Under the pieces are notes generated by a model that was not told where the DNA came from, did not search any database, and was given only the letters and a program-made list of their open reading frames with translations. A stretch of DNA of 60,819 nucleotides, filler included, from Sphacelaria rigidula (lineage: Eukaryota), in assembly GCA_964200075.2 (NCBI GenBank). It is 5 parts of 5 records of this genome, joined end to end, with 100 filler letters (N's around TTAATTAATTAA, not from the genome) between each part and the next. Parts side by side here need not be neighbours in the genome. Positions count along the whole stretch, not along the records: positions 24,373 to 36,455 come from CAXNAA020004142.1; positions 36,556 to 48,637 come from CAXNAA020004143.1; 3 more parts are not named here. One strand, 5' to 3'. Position 1 is the stretch's first letter, and each line of letters opens with the position of its first letter. Below are positions 26,368 to 39,070 of this stretch, piece after piece. The position numbers and the translations under genes were made by a program.

Positions 26368-27410
26368 CTGCTGTGGGTGATGCGCGAAACGGGAACGAAC
26401 TTCGACTGAATACTCAGGTTGCAAGGTGCTTCCGGTCGAATTCGACGTGCGCACTGTATACAGCACAAAGATAACAGCGAGGTTTTGCGACATCGATGAA
26501 GCTGGATACGACGGACCGCAAAACCTGACCAAGTAGCAATGACATATTCGGCGTGACCTGACAACAGCGATTCTTATCAAGTGCTCAAATGTTTGATGCA
26601 ACCCAAGCCCAGCCGGGTCAAGGGTCCGACATGGCCGACCTGGAAACAGCGCGCTGATTGAAATTCAGATATCACTCCACCGCCGATTTGTTTTGGTGCC
26701 AAGTATGAATGACACGTGCAATGCTGGGCGCTTTCAGCCTTCTTAACGTCAAATAAGATGAAGAGTGTGACGACGATGTTGCTCATCATATATCGATCGT
26801 CGTCGGTGACTACCGAGTAAAATGCATAGGCGAGCATGTATTCGTCGACGATACTCGAAATGCATGATCGTTCTAATCGGTTGGCTTTGGTATACTTCGT
26901 ATCAGCAAGTATCTTCACCTTCATCGCATTCTACTTTGAGGGAGTGAACAGAGAAGCATGCCCTATTTGCAGCATACCACGCTCCAACACTCGTCGACGA
27001 AACCTTACGGCGGAGGAAACATGTCCACTCGCTGTCTTGAGCGCGAGGGAGACCACGGATCAGGGAGTAGCAGTACGTATCAACTGTCAACTCACGTGCG
27101 TGCACACAGTGACAAAAACGGTACCTTACGTGTGCAGCTGGATCGTCAATGGATGATACCACACAGAGTGTTCAGCGCACTTATCAACAAAGGAACCTCG
27201 AGAGATACCCAAAGACAAACACCTTACCACAGTGCGAGATATATCTAATTTTTTATCGAATCCACACACCTCTCGTGGAAAATGCTACCTGCTGAAGTCA
27301 GGGTAAAAAATCCCCATACGACGTTGCATCCGCATCCCCCCCCAAAAAATATCGGAAAATATGCGACAGGTAGACTGACAACGGCAATACTTGGGACATG
27401 CCGCGCATAC

Positions 27411-28259
27411 CTTGTCGGTTTGACGTTCCAGATGCGCCTGCAGGCTATCCAAGATATCCTGCCACGCTTCAGTGCCCTCACTGAATTGAGGGCCGCCGGA
27501 ATAATCGAACGATAGCCCCGGGTACCTGTTTGAGAGCATATTGCTCAGCGTATTCACGAAAGCGAAGCCGTGTTCGGATACAGTCTTCCGAGTTCTACCT
27601 GCAATGCTAATCTCAATTCGCGCCTCAGATTCTTGGAGACAGACCAGGTGCTCCTCGCCATTCATGATAAACGCTGCACCTCGGCGCCAACATGAGCGGA
27701 AGAAAATGAGATTGCTCCTGGAGAAGCTCCCCAGAAACTGCGCGATGATCCCGGCGGGTACGTAATCGAGAAAAATCTCAATCACAAAGCGAATGCTGAC
27801 ACCGGTGGAAATCTGTCGCTTAAGCTCTGCAAGAGTGTGAAGATCCACCGCACCCGGTAGGCGGGCTGGCACCAGTAGCTCCCCCTCCACGCCTCGGCTA
27901 GGATCACATATCAACATAGCACCACATGTTGACATCATCTCGATCATCCGACGGAAGACTGTCGGGAAACTGTCGTTGTGAAGCTCTGAAACATCGCGCC
28001 ACAAAAACTTCAAGTACTCTTGGGTGAGCCGGCCCGTGCTGATGAAGCGTTTGTGGAGTCCTATCAGCTCCGAAGGAGGGATACCACACTTTGCGCTGTG
28101 GTCTTCAAGCTGCTCTCTCCACTCCCTCTGTAGTCGCTCATCTGCTAGGCGATGATCTACGAGCGCTCGCAGGAGTAAATTAATCCACGACGGGTCCAGA
28201 TGAACAAGCTTACATTCCACCAACAGCGTGCCTCCCGTTTGGCGCATCTTGAGGGCGTC
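27411..28259 (-). CDS. ROCO GTPase COR-domain exon
   Basis: DALKMRQTGG..VHLDPSWINLLLRALVDH..LLVPARLP..VPAGIIAQFL..CWRRGA are COR motifs. CAG acceptor, GTATGC donor. 849 nt, phase 0-0. Confidence 0.85.
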
Positions 28260-28524
28260 CTGTCGGAGCATCCAGAGCGGGCACACAGCACGGTATTAGC
28301 AAAATCGGCAACCGGAAGTTGCAGGCAACCAAACAACCGGTGCGACCATGTACGTGGACTACGTCGACGGTAACTTGATCACAAGAAGTCTCGTTACGTG
28401 CGTCGCTACTATCACCTTAACGCAACAACAATCATTCATAGGCGACGCGTCCACTCAAGCCGTATTCTAGAAGGTGTCGGCAAACATATTTTGCCCGAAC
28501 TTGGAGAGCTTCTAATGTTCTTAC

Positions 28525-29223
28525 CTGAAGAACTCGCTCCACGTCACGAGCTGTCGCCCCAACCTCTGCCGTCAAATCAAGGGTGCTCACTACTCTCGAC
28601 CATTCCTCCAGCATCACCTCCCATGTGACTAGCTTGTGTTTTTCGCGACATGCAACTGGGACCACTGGGTGACCAACCGAACTTGCCGCCGTGGAGGGCT
28701 CACCGCCCATCTGCAAGGCCTCCGCCATCGCCCACACCCTTGCCCAAGACACTGGTACTTTCTGACCTATACTTGGGAAAAGCCGCCTGCCATTCGACTC
28801 TAGGTCACATTTATCGGCTAGTCTGCAGATGTGATCCCGAATACAGTCGAGGTCGTTGGTGACCAAGCCGGAAGCCTCTACTACGCCACAAATCGTAACA
28901 TATGGTTTCTGTGCGGAATAACCACGGTTCTTCTGTTCAGCCCTTCCTATGATGGCTGCCGCACGCTCCCACTCTCGACGTTTGCACTCCAAGTGATTAG
29001 TGATGTCATCCTGTAGATCTTTCAAAGCAGCTGCGATTTGCCTCCAGTTCTCGCCGAAACAGTCTGAGTGGGTAGCCACAACCAAGACTGCGCACCCAGG
29101 CACCCGACACAACAGGGCGTCCAGCCAGATGAACAAAGTGTCTCCGCGTTCCCGACGATCACTTCGGGAAAACTTATACAGGTCCACGACGAGAAGTTGT
29201 AGTGCCCCGTAAGTCAAGAACAA
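28525..29223 (-). CDS. ROCO-family (LRR-ROC-COR) GTPase, exon with the C-terminal half of ROC and the start of COR
   Basis: CAG|LFLTYGALQLLVVDL...WLDALLCRVPGCAVLVVATHSD (ROC strands and a G4 THxD motif), later FPSIGQKVPVSW. GTAAGA donor. 699 nt, phase 0-0. Confidence 0.85.
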
Positions 29224-31369
29224 CTGGTATGACGGCAATTGAGATAGAGAGGTATCAAGGAAACAGAACACGTGAATGAGGTGCGTTTGATATGAGTTCC
29301 ACATCCCTTTGGCATGCGTGAGCAAGTACCAGTCTTTATACCATCGGATTCCTACCACAAGTATTGCCCGAACTGTGTTCCTGGGAACTCGAGCATACCC
29401 TCGAGGCCTACAGGCATCCACGCAAGCGAAGTCAGCAGTCCATCTACACATACCAAAAATCCAGCACAAACAAAAGGATACACGAAGCATTGCAGGAAAA
29501 AGGGTCTCGGCCCATACCTCTGTAGAGCAACGTAATCAACGAGACCACACAGTTGCCGCAGTGTGTTCTGTATACAGCTGTCGTTCTTCATCGGCAACGA
29601 ACACGAATATTGAAGCTGAGCACTACAGTGCCTTTCGGTGGTCACAAAAAAACAACTGATGAAAAAATTTAAGATGGAACTTCCGTTCAGAATGAGCAAG
29701 CACGGGAACGGTGCGCTGAAAGTGCCCATATATATTTTTTTGTCGTCAATATTTCACACCCTGAGCAATACAAAATGTAATAGATATATTGCCCGCTCAA
29801 AAGTTTGACGCGTCACGTGTTCAACATAAATTGGACAAGGAATATTATGGCACGAGAGACAGATCAATCCATATATATCGTGCCATCGATTTGTCAAGGG
29901 TCACGACGTCCAACATATATTGACAAAACAACATATTACGACACGGACCACCTCAATATATATTGGCCAATATGTTCGGGTGGTAAGATGCCTATATATA
30001 TAATGTATATATATCGAGTGATATATTTTGGCTGCCACACGAGGGCAGTATATATTGACGATTCAATATACTCAGTAGCCGAGGTATCAATATATATATA
30101 TATATTGGCGCCCAATATTTTGTGTATCAATGCATTCAATATACGGTGGGCGAACAATACACAAGGGATCGGACCATCACAATATATATTGGTGGAGCAA
30201 TATATATACAAGGCTACCTTCCGGGAGGTTGGTACGGGCCTCCCTGCGGTGGCTCAAGTCGAAAATATGGTCAAGACAGGCTGTTGTATCTCAATGTACA
30301 GTAGTGATCGTGGGCGCGAAACCCAGTGACACCTGAATCGTGGGTCCTAAGGACGCGGTTGACAGCTTTCGAGCTTCTCCTGATTCGGGAATATGCTACC
30401 AACACGTGTATCGCTTGTCCGTATGGACACCAGTATCGCTTGTCGATAACCAGGAGCGGTTGTCCGTGACGTTGACCGGTTGTCCGTAACCAGGCGCGGT
30501 TGCCCGTAACCCGAATCGGATGCCCCCAACCCGGACCGGATCATGTCCCTAACCAGGGGCGATCACCCGGGACCCCAACCGGTTGACCCTAAGCGAAAAA
30601 CTGCCCTCAACCGGGCATGGCCCTTGACCTACCACAGGTCCTCCGATTGCGATGTCAAGCGTTGCCACTTCGTGAGTGGTCCATTGTGACGAGAATGGCA
30701 GTTGTGATGGGTGTTCCAATTTGCTTGTCAGGCTATACTGAGTGTGGACTGGCTGTCTGTGGTCGTCGTGGTGAAGGTGAGGGTGGTTCTTTTTCATTCA
30801 GCCATGCAATTTGAAAAGACACATCGACTTTCAGACGGAAGAAGTCCAAACAAGACTATGACGCGAAAACATTTGCTCTAAAAAACTGTTCATTGTAGAG
30901 TGAGCACCGTTACCAGCTATTTTTCTATACACTGACTCTTAGATGCGAAAACATTTCGTCTGCATGCAGCAAAGAAGCACATGATGCCTAGAGGGTGGGA
31001 GTGTCGGTTCCCAATTACTGCAGTACATGTGCCCTGTACTCAGCTCGTGATCTATGCTGCAGGCTTGCGGTGTTTGTTGGGAAAATTGTGCGGGATTTGC
31101 ACTGTTCCGTAAAAAACTGGGATTCAGTGTTGTGGTCTGTAAGAGGAGCCAGGTGCTCCTTCGCTCTTTCTGCCTGGTATTTTCGATCGAGAAAGCTGAG
31201 GCCGCGCCTTGGCACATATTTGTTCGATTGAAAATGTGCGGTGGAGAAGGAAAATTCCGATCTGATGCGTCGTGATTTCAACGTAAACATAGTAAACAAT
31301 GTTTCCGCGAGATTAAGAGTAGAGGTAACGATCGAGAACGAAAAGCAGTGAATTTATTAATGGGCAATG

Positions 31370-31722
31370 ACGTAGAAAATGTATACCTTCTCGTTATTGC
31401 CCACGAAAGGTACGAAAAATAGCCAAGAATGCGGAAACAGACAAACACGCCATTTTGACCGTTTTCGCTCCGAATTCTTCACGCACATCATTCAGGGGGG
31501 GCATTGGCACCCGGGCCTCGAAAATAAACGGGGGGGGAAACATGTTACTCGAGAGATATGGCCACGCGAAAACGTACGCCTCGCCTCAAGAAACTGCTCA
31601 CTTTTTGTAGGCCAAATTTCGCCGAGGTACGCCTGATCTAGGAACTCTTTTTCAATCGTAACCTATCTGGGCCACCGATTGGCCAAGGACGTACATTTGC
31701 TAGGACATCGCTCTCTACACTG
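31370..31722. mobile_element. DNA-transposon terminal fragment (CAGTGTAGA end next to TA); second copy at 36556-36920
   Basis: About 350 bp of reverse-complement similarity to the start of contig 4 (GGCATTGGCACCC, GAGAGATATGGCCAC, CCTGATCTAGGA, TCTACACTG). Confidence 0.6.
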
Positions 31723-32096
31723 TACCTGATGCGGAACATCGCGCGCAAGGGAGTCTACCTGCCAAGTCCAACCATGGCGCCCACACATTCAGTTCTTTTC
31801 TCGCTCATTTGCCGTTGACGGACGCCACAACGACCACGCCCCTTTCTCGCCGGATCTGGTTCCCGAGTCTCGGCGCACCGACACAAAAACTGGACGCACA
31901 ACTCACAGCGCGTCGGTATTTTGTGATCCGGTGGATTGTCGAACACTGTTGTACTGTTGCGATCTCGGGGTGTCAAGGTCAACCTAACCTCTTCCACCAT
32001 CAACGGGCGGTTATCACATCATCGATGCTTGGTTCAAGCAACGGATACAGTACTGGTCGTCACGCATATAGAGATGGGGACAGAGCAGGACTATTA

Positions 32097-32929
32097 ATAG
32101 CGTTCAGCACTACAGTACAGAGTAACGTGCGCCCAACGAGAACATCCGTGGAACGAGGCTGGTTCACCCTTATTTGACCGCGAGGGTAGGTCACCTGCTG
32201 AGTCGGCATCGATGTCACTGGAATAAGTACGCGTGATCCACATGGACTACCCGCATCGCGGTCTAGGGGTTAACCGGCGTTGGGCTACAAATGTTCATGG
32301 TTGACACAATTTTACGAGTACCGCTACCCCTAACCCTAACCCCGACACAACGTACACCGAGAACCCTCGGGAAAGGGCGCTACATAGCACCCCTTTGGCA
32401 AAGTGCGGTCTTGGTAGACCCCAAATTGGTGCTTATGGCGCCGATTTCAACGAAAACGCGTTTTGCGCATGCGAAGAGCGCACGGGACTGTCAGCCCTAA
32501 TAGAGATCCGGTTCTCGTTGTACACACTCGAATGAAGTAATATCAACCATGGACATTTGTAGCCCAACGGTTAACCCTTTGATGGCGACCGTAGGTCACT
32601 TGCTGAATCGGCATCAATTTCACTTGAAAAAAGTATCGTGATTCAGATGGACTACCCGCATCGCGGTCGAAGGGTTATGGACCGCGAGGGTAGGTCACCT
32701 GCTGAATCGGCATTAATTCCACTTGAAAAAGTTTACGTGATCCAGATGGACTACCCGCATCGCGGTCTCAGGGTTACCTTTAGACCGCGGTCACCATACT
32801 TGTCCCAGTTAAACCAATGCCGATTCAGCAGGCAACCTACTTTCCCGGTCAAGTAAGGGTGAGCTAGCCTCGTTCCGCGAATGTTTTCGTTGGGCGCACG
32901 TTACTCTGTACTGTAGTGCTGAACGCTAT
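32097..32929. mobile_element. MITE with ~115-bp TIRs, TA flanks, internal ~90-bp repeats and a nested smaller MITE (~32278-32568)
   Basis: ATAGCGTTCAGCACTACAGTACAGAGTAACGTGCGCCCAACGA.. is inverted at ~32815-32929. The unit GTAGGTCACCTGCTGA.TCGGCAT..GGACTACCCGCATCGCGGTC occurs three times. The inner element has TIRs CGTTGGGCTACAAATGT.CATGGTTGA. Confidence 0.8.
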
Positions 32930-32942
32930 TACTGCTTTGTCC

Positions 32943-33203
32943 TGTAGCCAAATGATACCAAGCCGTAGGTTTCAGTGTAATCGCATGCATGATTAGAGCA
33001 GTGGCGGAGGACAGGAGATCTTGGATTGATTACCCTCATATGTGTGGTCTCTTGCTGTCTGGCTCTTGATGTGGTCTGTTGAGGATCACTCCGTGATAAT
33101 AACGAGTGAGAAGAAAGGATTCGTCGAGCACGAGGTCAGTGATACTGGAGGAATCCCTCGTTGGAAGTCCTCTTGTCCAGATTGTCTGGCGGAGGCAACA
33201 ACA
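32943..33203 (+). repeat. 5' LTR of a Ty3/Gypsy element
   Basis: TGTAG...AACA, followed by a PBS-like TC-TGG. Clearly homologous to the 3' LTR at 53852-54110. Confidence 0.75.
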
Positions 33204-36200
33204 TCTGGCTATTCTTCCGGCACTCTGTAAGAGGAGTTTGGCTGAGGAGAAGTGGGCTGCAGCTGAGAGCCAGTTTAGCCCGCAGACAGGAGGAGACCAA
33301 CTTCAAGCGCACAGCAGTGGGGACGCTCCGTGAGCTGGAGGACGCACAAGTCAGGCAACAGTCTCTCCGTGAAGTGTTTGAAGCATAGACGACATGGCTC
33401 AAGCGGCGGCAGTGCCGCTGGGGTTGGGTGAGCCACTAGAACCGCCCAAGTATGGCGAAGTGTGAACAAAGGAGGCATCACGCGTTCTTTTCGCAGCATA
33501 TCTTGAGTACGTACAGCGTTTGAATTAGGCTTCTACTTATTAGCGACCCCACATTATTTTCAAGATAAACGGATTCTTCAAAAACCGTGCTAGCATAATA
33601 GGTAGAAGTCTAGTTTGAATCTCGCTAATTCTCCAAGAGTTGCGAGGCATGAGAGGGTGAGCATAGGCCAACTTATCCCTACGTACCTTCATCGGTGTTC
33701 AAAATATATGTACACGGATGGTCGGGCTATGACCCCCGACGAATTGCTAGATGCTGTGAAGCAGCATGCCGGATATACTACACCTGGCGACAAGCATGAC
33801 ACTGCGCGGCCTGCAGCAGATCTGCGTAGAGTTCTGATTATGCCACAAAGCAGTGAGAAATCTGTCAAGGACCGTGCAATGATAGTCAGTTCAGCTATGG
33901 AAAGCTTATTCGCAGAAAACCTGACGGTGCTAGCCATGTACCGTGCGTAGGACAGGAGTTGGTTGCCAGGCCCGGCCGAGTCTGTTCCCATAGCTTTAAT
34001 GGACGGGATTTCGCCCCCGGCATTCAAGGCGTATGTTAGAAGTGTACTAACGTCTGTTGACGGCTGAGAACAAAACCCGACGGTGGAATTCGAAAACATA
34101 TTTGAGGCGGCCGACCAGTGGAAGTTCATTGAAGCACATAGCCGGCGCGATTCTGCAACAAGTGCACGTGGTATGCGCCGCAAACAGCAACAGCAACAGA
34201 AACAACAGCCACCTTCGCGAGCGTCGTCCACTTGCGCGTGCTACAACTGCGGCGACACCGGACATATCATCAAGGACTGCCCGAATCCTCGCGCTCAAGG
34301 CGCTGCACAGGGCAATGAGCGAGATTCATCAGGATCTCGGGGCTGTCGTCACGGTGAACGGGGCCGTGCCAATCAGGGACACGGGCGCGGCGGCCGCGGT
34401 AGCAAGCAATTGGCGGCAGATGGTGGTTCCTCCGCTGCTGTTTCTTCCACTGCATCATCAGGTGGTGACTCTGGATCTTGTGGTTCATCCGTAGCGGGGC
34501 GGACAGTGTACGTGGGAAATGCAAATACGTCGGTGGCTCGTCGCGTAGACATATTTCGTCGTGCGCTGCGTGGTGATTCGCCAGCGCGCGTGGAGCCAAC
34601 GAAGGAGGCTGTGAAGGCCAAGCCTCGCCGCTGCGATCCGGTGAAGACCGTGTGGCTTGCTTCAAGCATCACAGTTTTGGTCGCATTTGGTTTGTTGGTC
34701 AGGAATATTCAGGCTGTGTCGGCGAGTCCGGCGATGGCGGTGCCGAAGAGGGACACATTACGTTTGGTCAGCGACTATCAGGCGGTGAACGCGCAAGTGG
34801 AACAGTCTCCGGGGGTGATGCCAAGCCAAGGAGACATGCGGGAGTTGTTTGGAGCCCAACAACAATATCGGTTTGTCATTGAACACATTTCTGGAGTGCA
34901 CAATCGTTGGGGAGATTTGTTGTCTCGCTGGGTGAAGGTTCCTACCGTGCCTGTTCGTTCTGCCATCGTGTACAGCCCGTGTGATGCCGATGATTCGCTA
35001 CCCTCGTTAGATGTCATTCGTACCGCGCAGCGCAAAACAGTCGGCGATGGCGTTCATTCTTTTCCTACGACTTTTGGTCAACCTGCTATGGCTGATGATG
35101 GTTCGTTCCGCGTGCGTGTTGGCAGTAGTGATGTTTTGCGGATTCCGTCGAATATAAGGCTCTACAAACTCGCTTGATGGTGTGCGCTCACATGCGGTCG
35201 GCTGGTCACCGTGGTGTGGGGCCGACACTGTTTCGTTTGAAAAAATACTGCGTGTGGCCTCACATGGATTCTCACGTTCGTGAGTTCGTTCGCCAGTGTA
35301 TTGTGTAGAAACTCGTGCTGGTGAGATTGTACCTCGTCCGTACGGCGATACCTTGCATGGTACTGCGCCCGGTGAAGTTGTTCACTTTGATTCTCTGTAC
35401 GTCGGAAGTAGCGGACCTGACGGTGGTAATGGTCTGCCTGAGGAGGATGGTTTTCGGTATGTTTTGGTTATCATGGATGATTTGTCCAATTTCGTTTGCT
35501 CGGAGCCGACCGAGGCTTGCACCGCCGAGGTTACGGCTAAGCATTTGCTCCATTGGTGCAAGACGTTGGGGGTGCTGCGTGTTTGGGCTAGTGATACGGC
35601 GACGCACTTCACGAATGAGTGATCGCGCAGCTGAGCGATGCGGTCAAGGTGCAACACAAATTTGCTGTGGCGTAGACCCATTGGTCGAATGGTACTTGTG
35701 AATACATGGTGAACGAGGTTATCCGTGCGTTACGGTCTATTTTGTCGGAGCAGAGATGACCGGTGTCTGAATGGGTTGATGTTTTGCCAGCCGCTCAGTG
35801 GGCATTGAATATTTCTTTTCGCGAACGCTTCCGCAACACTCCGTATTGTGTGATGTTTGTGCGTGCGCCGCGTACAGCGTTTTCCGCGCTGGCTTCTGTC
35901 GCTGGCGGCGAGTGGAACGTCAATGTCATGGATGCTGATTCGTCGCGTGACAAGGTTCAAGGCGTGGTTGACGAGCAAGTGTAGTTTTGTAACGAAGTGC
36001 AAGCTGCTGTCACGGTGTCTCGCAAAACCGAACGCAAGCTTGCTCAGGGCCAGGCTGTGTTGCCCAAGTTTGCAGTTGGTGATTTCGTCGTGTATGCCCG
36101 TGTTCGTAGGCAAGGTGTGACGCCAAAGTTGATGTTCACATGGACAGGTCTGTGGCGAGTGGTCGGAGCCGATCACGCTCACGTGTATTTTGTGGAGAAC

Positions 36201-36455
36201 ATTATTTCTGGCGCCGTGCACTCGGTCCATGTCGCTCGTTTACGCTTCTATCCTGACTCGCAGTTGCATGTCACTGCGAAACAAAAATATGTATTTCAGC
36301 AATCGTATGCTCAAGGGGAATGTCGGATGAATGCTTTGGTGCACGTCGCTGAGAATGAGAATGGTGATCCCATTGTTTTGGTCGATTGGGGGGGTGTACT
36401 CATGATCATGCACGCCATAGTCATAAGACCATTGACCTCGCATCCCTACAAAGCC
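32943..36455 (+). mobile_element. Degenerate Ty3/Gypsy LTR retrotransposon (gag, RT stub, RNase H end, integrase, start of chromodomain), truncated by the contig end
   Basis: CCHC knuckle CYNCGDTGHIIKDC; RT N-terminus (AMAVPKRDTLRLVSDYQAVN); RNase H end (IEHISGVHNRWGDLLSR); integrase (AHMRSAGH, VHFDSLY, VWASDTATHF, WTGLWRV..VHVARLRFY). Stops and frameshifts throughout. Confidence 0.9.
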
Positions 36456-36555
36456 NNNNNNNNNNNNNNNNNNNNNNNNNNNNNNNNNNNNNNNNNNNNT
36501 TAATTAATTAANNNNNNNNNNNNNNNNNNNNNNNNNNNNNNNNNNNNNNNNNNNN

Positions 36556-36920
36556 CAGTGTAGATCTCGGTGGCCTAGCAGTGATAAAATCTCGGCCGAT
36601 CGGTGGCCCAGATAAGGTACGATTGAAAAACAAATCCTAGATCAGGTGTACTTCGGCGAAATGTGGCCTACAAAAGGTAAGCGGTTTCTGGGGGGGAAAT
36701 GTCCGTTTTCGTGTGGCCATATCTCTCGTGTAACATGTTTTTTTCCCGTTTTTTTCGACTCCTGGGTGCCAATGCCCCCCCCGAACGATGTGCGTGACAA
36801 ATCCGGGGCGAAAACGATCAGAAGGGCGTGTTTGGCTGTTTTCGTGTTCCTGGCCATTTTTCGTACCTTTTCTAGGCAAAAAAACGAGAAGGTATACCTT
36901 TTCTAGGCCATTGCCCTTAT
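36556..36920. mobile_element. DNA-transposon terminal fragment, same family as 31370-31722
   Basis: Begins CAGTGTAGAT and is an inverted homolog of 31370-31722. Confidence 0.6.
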
Positions 36921-37722
36921 TTTATTGGCCACATTGGAGCGTAGACGATCAGAATCCAAACTTCGTATTACCTCAGTGGGGCCCGAACATAATGTGTTCT
37001 CAGGTATCTCCAGTGGGAAACAAAGCCAAGTGAAGCGATGATGCTCAGAGACGTTCGTATTATCCATGAGAGAAAACACCGGCGCCCGGGTTCGATCTTC
37101 AGGCCGAACTGAGGGAAAAGTTGCCCCTGCCGCAGGTTGGCCGTCTGGATGTAACGAAACTCAACACCGTACGCTACACCATTGACACAGTGGTAGGCCA
37201 AACACGTGGTCGAAGCAAGAAAAACGCACTTCAATTGCAGGTACCAACTCAATGGCCGCGAGGGATCAAGAGACTGGGGTATAGAGCGGAAGAGGTTCTA
37301 TAATGTCCACACCGTATATACGCGTATACAATCGAACACAAGTTGATCGAAGCGTCTCTACCTGACCCTCAGTGTCGAAATACGAGGAAAACAAAGTGGA
37401 CTGGTGTAAAATACGGTGAGAATGCAAAAAAAAAAACGGTGATGCGGCCACGATACATCTAATATCCAGACAGATTGGACGACACTAAAGTGTCACCGGT
37501 GAAGAGAGACTTGGTGTGAGAATCAACTTCTTATCAGCAAAGGGGACCTTGCTGACCAGGATAGCCGTAAAAGCTCTTTCGACTCTGAGTAAAAGACGTC
37601 GAGGATAGACAGGCACACATATACCACCGTTCTGTCTCTGATATTAAGCCGTCCCTGGTTTCCATATACTGAGGCAGCCGCAACAGGTTCCACTCTACTG
37701 CAAGTCATAAACGGACCCCATA

Positions 37723-38083
37723 TGAGGAAGGCGTATCGCTAGGGTAGACAGAGACCTACGGGGGAGACTGTTGTTGGAGATGTCGCCCTGATGCCGAAGG
37801 AATTCCGATGCTGGCGATGATTTCCTCTTGTGATTGTAGGCAAGAAGTGGATCAGACGTGAATGTGATCACCGTGGGGTGACCAGCTCCTCGGGGGATGC
37901 AGGGTCGTCCTGAGATCCGGCTCTTCCTGGCATCACCCCGAGTTGTCTAGTATCGTTGGCATTACGGGGTCTCGGTAATCTGGTCCTTTCGGACCGTTCC
38001 TAGCTTGTACGTTCATGCGCTGTTTCTTTACACATGTGTGGCATCAATCTCTGATATGTCACTACAAAGAGGTGTCTTCCACA
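37723..38083 (-). repeat. 3' LTR (361 bp)
   Basis: Direct repeat of 45082-45442 with 7 mismatches counted by eye. Adjacent to the polypurine tract at 38084-38097. Confidence 0.92.
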
Positions 38084-38343
38084 CTCCCCCCCCTTTTGTG
38101 CGCCTCAAGCTCATCAGGACAGTGGCTGGTGGGACAAGGCGATCATCAGTTTCGCTAATGATATAATCGTGAAAGTGTTTTTGAGCGATAATCATTTATT
38201 GAGTCACGCCACCGCTAATCGCCAAGGTAACCCTTCTCTATACTGTGGCATTGATTAAACACCTCAAGTAATTTTTAGCTACCTGGTCATTAACAGTGCA
38301 TGCATTGCAAAACCCTGTAAGTTCGTTTTTCCTTCCATGTAAC

Positions 38344-38914
38344 TGTGTCATGTGTGTGACACATTTCCGATGAGATGCATTTGACCTTTAGTGCTGGTTG
38401 AATCTACCGGTTATACATGGCTGGGCAATGGGGTGCTGTTCGGTCCACGGGCGCCTGGGTTATTTATGCACGGGTTCTGGGGTGCCTTTGGTTCCGCTGA
38501 CACCGGAGTCGGACAAAGTCCTTGCGTTAGTAACAAAGCGGTGCATATTATGTTTTTATCTTGTGAGCATTGTGCTCCTTCGGCAAAACATCGTCAAAAT
38601 AACCCTTGCTGCTTGTCAGTTTGTGTCATGTTCATGTGTCATGTGTGACATATTTCCATTAGATTTATTTGCACTTTGGTGCTGGCTGCATCATCAGCTG
38701 GTTATACATGACTGGGCACTGCGACGCTGTTCAGTCCACGGGCGCCTGGGTTATTTATGCGCGGGTTCTGGGATGCCTTTGGTTCCGCTAACATCGGAGC
38801 AGAACAAAGTCCTCGCTTTAGTAACAAAGCGGTGGATATGGTGTTTTCATCCTGTGAGCATTGTGCTCCTTTGGCGAAATACTGTCGAAGTGACCCTTGC
38901 TTGCTTCTTGTCAG
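38344..38914. repeat. Tandem duplication with a ~290-bp unit in the 3' UTR of the LTR element
   Basis: GTCCACGGGCGCCTGGGTTATTTATGC..TAGTAACAAAGCGGTG..TGTGAGCATTGTGCTCCTT occurs twice, ~291 bp apart. Confidence 0.8.
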
Positions 38915-39070
38915 CAACAAACCCCATTGCTGAGAGGCTATCTTCCTCGGGAAGTTGTACCCCTGTCACCGCTGACATGCCAGATGCTATTCCTTTCATG
39001 TCTGTATTGCTCTAACGTCGTTCTATGTGTAATTCTCATTGATCTCCGAATTTTACCCTGGGGCTACCGC

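Noticed and set aside
29224-29490. N-terminal extension of the ROC exon containing DFAC as a G3 motif
   Set aside because: The spacing and context do not match W-D-F-A-G..H-Q, and the segment lies upstream of a good acceptor, so it is treated as intron.
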